Assembly: GCA_029564765.1 (NCBI GenBank)
Contig: JAKQPK010000029.1
Coordinates: forward strand, 119-64,118
Source of the DNA: Candidatus Omnitrophota bacterium
GTDB lineage: Bacteria; Omnitrophota; Gorgyraeia; Zapsychrales; Aceulaceae
Direction: 5' to 3'
DNA: 64,000 nucleotides
Position 1 is the first letter of the stretch. Every line of letters starts with the position of its first letter. The translations under genes and the position numbers were made by a program. Positions 63,001 to 64,000 of this stretch are shown in pieces. Under the pieces are notes generated by a model, which made no database searches, was not told where the DNA came from, and was given only the letters and a program-made list of their open reading frames with translations.

Positions 63001-64000
63001 CAACATTCCTCACGTCGTTCTTTTCGCAAGAGATCGGACGTATGTGTTTCCAGGCAATCGCAAGATGCGAACGCTCTCTCGATGCGGGATCGGATTTCTG
63101 GAGGCAGCAGGCGTTATGTACGCGGGGGATCAAGAAACTTTTAACACTTTAGCAGAAGTCGATGTTGCGCAAGAGCTTTCCCTTGGCTCCTTAAGTTCAC
63201 AGCAATTTGATCAATTGATCAAGTCTTGGAAGGCGTCTTCGCAGGTGCCAGCCTCTCCGCCTTTTATACCTTTTTTTGTTCATGGCGTGTTCAATGATTA
63301 CAACGCGCGACAACTTATCGCCTTGGGGCAAAAAGCGCGCCAGATCATCGCCTTATCCCGTAAAGACGCTCACCATCTTTTTGTGATCCTTTTTTCTGGG
63401 CCAACGGGAACATTAAAGACGACATTACTGAAGGCGATGAAAAGCAAGATCGAGGAAGCTGGATTGAGCGCCACTGTTGTTGATGAAGCGTCTTATTCTG
63501 ATCCACGCGCGGCTTTCACGATCGATGCGCTTGCCAAGGCTTTTTCATCACATAACATTCTTTTTGTGGAGACGGCAACATTTTTGCCATCTGGCGGCCA
63601 GAGCTTAGATCTTTTTATCCGATGTGAAGGAAGCTTGAAGGCGCGTCATGAAAGGATCACGCAGGGCAGCGGGTCATTTGAATACGCGCAACAACGAGTT
63701 TCTGTTGATGAGATACCAGCCAGCTCTTATCAGAGGTATCGAGCGGCCGATCTTGTGATCAATACGGATGTCGCTGATCAAGATTTTATCCAGGGTGGAT
63801 TTTTGCAAGCATTGTTCGATCAGGGTTTTGGTTTATCTTTACCCAAAGAGCTGCCAAGACCAAAGAACGAATGGAGAGAGTATTATTATTGCAGTATCAT
63901 CGGGCCGATCGCTTTCTGGGCTTTCTTAGGGCGCGCGGCCATACAAGCTTCTAAAAAAGTTTTTCAATATTTTGATCAAAGGCCAAGGCAGGAGAACATC
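2..64000 (+). CDS. Internal fragment of a giant multidomain protein gene (more than 21,333 codons; 5' and 3' ends outside the window)
   Basis: Frame +2 has no stop codon across the entire window (read through codon by codon, with triplet spot-checks at 9 positions). All plus-strand ORFs in the supplied track are in frames +3 or +1, none in +2, consistent with a frame that never terminates. Recognisable protein motifs at 4.4k, 24.2k, 27.3k, 39.8k, 43.0k, 44.6k, 54.3k, 56.7k and 59.8k all sit in this same frame. Confidence 0.9.
1020..1810 (+). repeat. Four tandem copies of a ~222-nt (74-aa) repeat; protein unit contains AE(I/F)GVSGALEG(A/V)SVAK
   Basis: The seed gcaga(a/g)(a/t)ttggcgtttc(c/t)ggtg recurs at 1079, 1301, 1523 and 1733 with periods of 222, 222 and 210 nt. 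The copies are in frame, so the protein carries the same repeat. Confidence 0.8.
1915..2560 (+). other. Cluster of ~5-6 predicted transmembrane helices
   Basis: Long hydrophobic stretches in the frame +2 translation (IGARLVGILIPTFVIAQIITHLL, LYIAGATVSLTDFIALTGLMLGLV, YYTAMLIMPIEITAWIM, AILRFVAAIFVLLSI, WWDIAAYFAGAVWFYAFMDWF). Confidence 0.55.
3512..3575 (+). other. Internal signal-peptide-like / signal-anchor segment (VAIVVIAVVVGGLLLSTSAFA|QT)
   Basis: A hydrophobic core followed by an AxA-type site (SAFA-QT), positioned immediately before the LysM-like and GH-A module. Confidence 0.45.
3700..3866 (+). other. LysM-like peptidoglycan-binding segment, followed by a Pro/Thr/Val-rich linker (3867-4110)
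   Basis: KYVEIVAKDNHIRNPNVIRVGQKIWI resembles the C-terminal half of the LysM consensus (N..I.pGQ.L.IP). The N-terminal half is only weakly similar. Confidence 0.3.
4125..4915 (+). other. Clan GH-A (beta/alpha)8 glycoside-hydrolase catalytic module, copy 1 (GH5/GH72-like)
   Basis: IEFGNEYNYHPEWF carries the acid/base Glu in an NEY motif at ~4451-4459. VDVWGLNVY is a beta-strand 6 motif. MYLAEYGFDS carries the nucleophile Glu in an EYG motif at ~4727. The spacing between the two glutamates is typical of the GH-A clan. Confidence 0.55.
9480..10200 (+). other. Beta-barrel-like segment with alternating hydrophobic pattern
   Basis: YGAVAGVALD...GFYNYIEGEQGAGIGFNWGNHLNVSVKTNFDKDHQLSANFGYKFDNGLGAGARV...WFGAGVSYPI has Gly/aromatic-rich amphipathic strands reminiscent of outer-membrane beta-barrels. 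Confidence 0.25.
14470..14560 (+). other. Single predicted transmembrane helix (NIGLVLFGYIFGTLALGKILAWIG) followed by an RRSRR stop-transfer-like motif
   Basis: A hydrophobic segment is followed by MRARRSRRQG in frame +2. Confidence 0.5.
15330..16090 (+). other. Polytopic membrane bundle (~7-9 predicted TM helices)
   Basis: Consecutive hydrophobic helices (ILAVVLGVSALSSLGLIFAPA, FAIIAGTVAIIGIAYGVMVWV, ATVVMVVTLLMKLGADFITW, GGPYILLAVVVSLFFLIFFLDIFACYYIV, FFFSTVSFLGIVSLIPGVNVVTGIAVAVSI, FLATGAAITLFVLVIDAAL). Confidence 0.6.
17830..19160 (+). other. Two further TM clusters (17830-18440 and 18700-19160) separated by a Lys/Glu-rich loop
   Basis: Hydrophobic helices LYLLTVVLFGMSLFMTF, LLGLILSQAITFTGFFQLVL, FQWVIIAVFTIAGGIFLW, IWSLFPIGMIVCALFAPFIL, ALAWLVVTTIGILTVVFAGGKVFIILAATLLLYTL, GTAIMITLTIVGFISIIFAAPYCMIVGL. 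Confidence 0.55.
19160..23020 (+). other. ~1,280-aa Glu/Lys/Gln/Ala-rich coiled-coil rod
   Basis: Heptad-like charged composition throughout (AEEKAAQEKADQEKAAQAEAARL, LEQQILGKKAAQETAKSRFFELK and similar) with no hydrophobic cores. Lys-rich ORFs in the track at 19215-19445 and 19566-19820 are frame-shifted readings of the same GAA/AAG-rich DNA. Confidence 0.7.
19396..19678 (+). repeat. 45-nt near-perfect direct repeat (gaaaaggcagatcaagaaaaagccgctcaagc(t/c)gaagccgcccgc) at 19396-19441 and 19634-19678
   Basis: Seen directly in the sequence: one mismatch over 45 nt, with extended similarity gccgcccgccttgct on both sides. Confidence 0.85.
23270..23740 (+). repeat. Cluster A of hairpin-forming nucleotide repeats, embedded in frame. 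Core hairpin 23327-23383: GGCCGCTGTCA ... (inner palindrome CTTCCTACCGTGGCAGGAAG) ... ACAGCGGCC, then a T-rich run
   Basis: The outer arms ggccgctgt / acagcggcc are reverse complements, and the inner cttcct...aggaag is a second palindrome. Degenerate copies (aacaggccg...ttccgtgg...) recur at ~23441 and ~23657. The track shows several overlapping ORFs in different frames here, i.e. a stop-poor low-complexity region. Confidence 0.6.
23737..23806 (+). other. Lipoprotein-signal-peptide-like segment (INILRTVSICFLAAAILTFAS-C-KKEE), internal to the ORF
   Basis: A positively charged n-region is followed by a hydrophobic core and the lipobox-like LTFASC, with Cys at 23804-23806. A possible TTG start sits at 23737, but no stop codon lies upstream. 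Confidence 0.45.
23810..24720 (+). other. Clan GH-A glycoside-hydrolase catalytic module, copy 2 (paralogue of 4125-4915)
   Basis: MYELGNEYNLHPEWFNGDINVWY has the NEY motif at 24173-24181. VDVWSLNVYQG and MYVGETGADSWN carry the nucleophile Glu at ~24440. Motif order and spacing match copy 1. Confidence 0.55.
24800..24900 (+). other. Single TM helix (LLLLTVVFWGGAIIFVIYHILKFIAS)
   Basis: A hydrophobic stretch in frame +2. Confidence 0.5.
25690..26190 (+). other. DUF218 (YdcF/SanA/ElyC-like) envelope-associated domain
   Basis: VEDLSTNSKENIIYS at ~25990-26030 matches the DUF218 signature (E..STNT.ENA). A Rossmann-like GGIGRETPF segment lies upstream. Confidence 0.4.
26372..26416 (+). other. Second internal lipoprotein-signal-like segment (FRFYFKLSLLVLSLGLFTA-C-SSRDQ)
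   Basis: A hydrophobic core plus lipobox-like LFTAC, with Cys at 26414-26416. Confidence 0.45.
27167..27700 (+). other. Five tandem TPR repeats (34 aa, 102 nt)
   Basis: AIRLNPNNA..YNLG..Y units begin at 27269, 27371, 27473, 27575 and 27677 with exact 102-nt spacing (AIRLNPNNAVAFYNLGVFYAKLNQSHKAIQAYEEA and following units). Confidence 0.85.
27770..27832 (+). other. Third internal lipoprotein-signal-like segment (LKKLALKGLFLAMGIGLFFS-C-KKDN)
   Basis: A KK n-region, a hydrophobic core and a Cys at 27830-27832 followed by KK, as in segment 1 (both have C-K-K). Confidence 0.45.
27900..28800 (+). other. PD40/TolB-like beta-propeller repeats
   Basis: Recurrent (W/S)xPDGxK(I/L)(A/I)F motifs: WAPCGDKAVFS, LVWTPDGRKLIFFS, LLSPDGQKIAIGG, plus YIYSVDGSKG. 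Confidence 0.5.
28890..29040 (+). other. Two adjacent predicted TM helices
   Basis: MNLLPTMPVFAPMMFVAGAVPGARFVLTALAVLTIITILGKWFAK. Confidence 0.5.
29170..29420 (+). repeat. Cluster B of the hairpin repeat. Core hairpin 29184-29236: GGCCGCTGCCC ... CTTCCTTCCGTGGCAGGAA ... GGCAGCGGCT, then a T-rich run; a second hairpin CCGTTTCC...GGAAACGG at ~29306-29340
   Basis: Homologous to cluster A (aacaggccgctg..aatcttcct.ccgtggcagga...). There are compensatory changes in both stem arms (tgtca/tgaca becomes tgccc/ggcag). A 1-nt indel means the 5' arm is translated in a different frame than in copy A. Confidence 0.6.
31388..31486 (+). other. Sec-type signal-peptide-like segment starting at an in-frame ATG (MASPLASVISSSLRRFVLTTIVLIAMSVTSLFA|QA)
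   Basis: ATG at 31388 in frame +2. The n-region has RR, the hydrophobic core is ~15 aa, and the cleavage site is AxA-like. There is no upstream stop codon and no obvious GGAGG Shine-Dalgarno sequence. Confidence 0.5.
31490..33250 (+). other. Alpha-helical region with ~4 degenerate ~100-aa repeats
   Basis: Repeat cores EQDKEVLRILKLVENAKNKRDLENIVIG (~31690), EQEKEVLRFYRAMIDADQVDLLDSLKYG (~32380), DEEVKRVEKKIDSAARSYDLENIFIG (~32730) and DRDKEILTIRSLVDNANTINDINIV (~33080). Confidence 0.45.
33500..33740 (+). other. Possible RelE/ParE/YoeB-fold (toxin-like) segment
   Basis: YGYKLGPSQSLFYVVFDSQKILVAGVIYNEFTHY resembles the C-terminal beta-strands of RelE/YoeB-family toxins (R(I/L)(V/I)Y.V..(I/V).(I/V)...HY). 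Weak. Confidence 0.2.
34240..34720 (+). repeat. Cluster C of the hairpin repeat. Perfect 11-bp stem GGCCGCTGTCA(34266-34276)...TGACAGCGGCC(34341-34351) followed by TTTTTT; also the direct repeats tggaa(g/a)gtaaaagatttttcttt at 34496 and 34687
   Basis: The 5' and 3' arms are identical to cluster A, but the loop is larger (64 nt) and contains accatggcggtgagg, similar to accgtggcaggaag of cluster A. The T-tract immediately 3' gives an intrinsic-terminator-like architecture. A degenerate copy cagcaggccaaatgtcagg sits at ~34636. Confidence 0.6.
37540..37960 (+). other. RelA/SpoT-type nucleotidyltransferase ((p)ppGpp-synthetase / small-alarmone-synthetase-like) domain
   Basis: EEHRVKGIYASSQKIGRKGKK...DLEDLLGIHLIV matches RVKs..Si..Ki.RK...DiaGlRvI. 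DNYNAHHFGVRI and RFVILEIKVFSKSEYDAFKYGNAAVWIW correspond to the G..NGYxSLH and EiQiRT..mh.WAe...H..YK regions. Confidence 0.45.
38650..38830 (+). other. ACT-like small-molecule-binding domain
   Basis: SLRIEIAQDRIGFMRDILEHISAFGAVIAQ resembles the ACT beta-alpha-beta core (L.v...DRpG.L..i...l...g.nI). Its position after a RelA/SpoT-like domain mirrors RelA C-terminal organisation. Confidence 0.35.
39230..40900 (+). other. GT35 alpha-glucan phosphorylase-like module
   Basis: LGAGGLGFLTGE is the GGLG.L motif. VMTTHTPEAAALPYW matches T.HT..PEA. INGVAQEHAEVTK matches NGVa.lH..lvk. IVNGSDPWLW corresponds to the TNGitpRRW region. REACGTSDQRAALTGG aligns to the PLP site EASGTsNMKf.lNG, but with Arg in place of the Schiff-base Lys. 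Confidence 0.55.
42700..44250 (+). other. GH13 (alpha-amylase superfamily) catalytic (beta/alpha)8 module
   Basis: The four conserved regions are in canonical order: I GILVDVIPHLN (~42990), II GVAGIRGDVFHNYG (~43225, nucleophile Asp), III FIFIGENYS (~43447, acid/base Glu), IV ALETHDYY (~43630). A beta-sandwich-like segment lies upstream at 42280-42700. Confidence 0.45.
44580..46000 (+). other. GT5 glycogen/starch-synthase-like module
   Basis: DISPEVAPFSKGGGLANVPG matches the GlgA N-terminal K(T)GGL motif (SE.APF.KTGGLgDV). STWEPGGISPMEALAFM matches the C-terminal S.fEPcGl.q.yAm motif (~45920-45960). Confidence 0.55.
46500..46840 (+). other. HD-domain (metal-dependent phosphohydrolase) module
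   Basis: RSRHDFRPEAVIRAALVFHDIGVGE is the H....HD(I)G motif at ~46555-46570. A downstream His sits in FLIWYHSA (~46797). Confidence 0.4.
54245..55080 (+). other. HAD-superfamily hydrolase-like module
   Basis: Motif I IAIFDWDGTL (DxDGT, ~54266-54280). Motif II YIVTGSDKRG. Motif IV VLVVGDGWAELQAG (~54990-55015). Confidence 0.5.
55640..55830 (+). other. Type I phosphoribosyltransferase-like PRPP-binding segment
   Basis: KKVIIIDDVIHSGGVLKDL (~55727-55766) resembles the PRPP motif hhhhDD.h.tGgT. Similar but weaker motifs occur at ~53330 (VVFIDEALAGGATV) and ~58650 (CLILDDETAYGSTL). Confidence 0.35.
56650..56900 (+). other. Minimal nucleotidyltransferase (Pol-beta superfamily) fold
   Basis: IAFVGSLARGEVTEASDIDFDII (~56692-56752) matches G[SG]x9-13Dx[DE]. 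Confidence 0.5.
59740..60330 (+). other. CheR-type SAM-dependent methyltransferase-like module
   Basis: ARIHSAGASDFKEAISIAIMLHE matches the CheR motif RIWSAgCStGEEpYSiAm.l. DVDVVFFLHTAYLMG matches DvIfCRNvlIYF. Confidence 0.4.
62030..62290 (+). other. Cluster of ~3-4 predicted TM helices
   Basis: LGFLLVDMISVIFAVGALLSYGIMKILFFG, CHVIWSFWLLMASIVILPDMLVSLILQSLGLAYFSIALV. Confidence 0.5.
63370..63500 (+). other. Degenerate P-loop NTPase-like segment
   Basis: LFVILFSGPTGTLKTTLL is Walker-A-like, with Leu replacing the conserved Gly before Lys. SATVVDEASYSD is Walker-B-like (hhhhDE). Confidence 0.25.

Noticed and set aside
63370-63500. SecA/DEAD-box helicase domain (reported for many bacterial giant proteins)
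   Set aside because: Only a degenerate Walker A/B pair was found (GPTGTLKT ... VVDEA). No DEAD/DEVD box or SAT motif was recognised, so a SecA-like domain cannot be claimed within this window.
2-64000. Alternative genetic code (stop reassignment) or an operon of same-strand genes as explanation for the long frame
   Set aside because: Reassignment would still leave in-frame TAA, TAG or TGA triplets visible, and there are none in frame +2. Separate genes would sit in mixed frames and each would end in a stop. Every recognisable motif along 64 kb is in the same frame.
1-64000. CRISPR arrays, rRNA, tRNA, transposase or integrase genes, prophage features
   Set aside because: No short regularly spaced direct repeats with unique spacers, no rRNA- or tRNA-like segments, and no DDE or tyrosine-recombinase motifs were seen in any frame.

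Overview
The whole 64,000-nt window is one uninterrupted sense-strand reading frame. It is frame +2 (codons start at positions equal to 2 mod 3), nt 2-64000, 21,333 sense codons with no TAA, TAG or TGA. I checked this by reading the frame through and spot-checking triplets at about 4.44k, 12.42k, 24.17k, 27.28k, 35.10k, 39.80k, 44.62k, 50.04k and 60.42k. The ORF track agrees: every plus-strand ORF it lists lies in frame +3 (one in +1), and none is in frame +2. Both ends of the frame run off the window, so this is an internal piece of a giant gene longer than 64 kb, encoding more than 21,300 aa. The encoded polypeptide is a mosaic of modules:
- tandem 74-aa repeats;
- many transmembrane helix clusters;
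- two paralogous clan GH-A glycoside-hydrolase modules, one preceded by a LysM-like segment;
- a beta-rich adhesin-like region of about 3,000 aa;
- a coiled coil of about 1,280 aa;
- lipoprotein-type and Sec-type signal-peptide-like segments that sit inside the ORF, each followed by an envelope-type module (GH-A hydrolase, DUF218, TPR, PD40 beta-propeller);
- a contiguous alpha-glucan metabolism block (GT35 phosphorylase-like, GH13 amylase-like, GT5 glycogen-synthase-like);
- nucleotide-enzyme modules (RelA/SpoT-type synthetase-like plus ACT, HD, HAD, PRTase-like, minimal nucleotidyltransferase, CheR-like methyltransferase, degenerate P-loop).
Three clusters of terminator-like GC hairpins followed by T-runs are embedded in frame at about 23.3 kb, 29.2 kb and 34.3 kb. 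They are conserved at the nucleotide level and are read in different frames in different copies. No rRNA, tRNA, CRISPR array or transposase was recognised. All short ORFs in the track on other frames or the minus strand are judged spurious. Domain calls rest on motif recognition by eye; coordinates of sub-features are approximate (about +/-30 nt).
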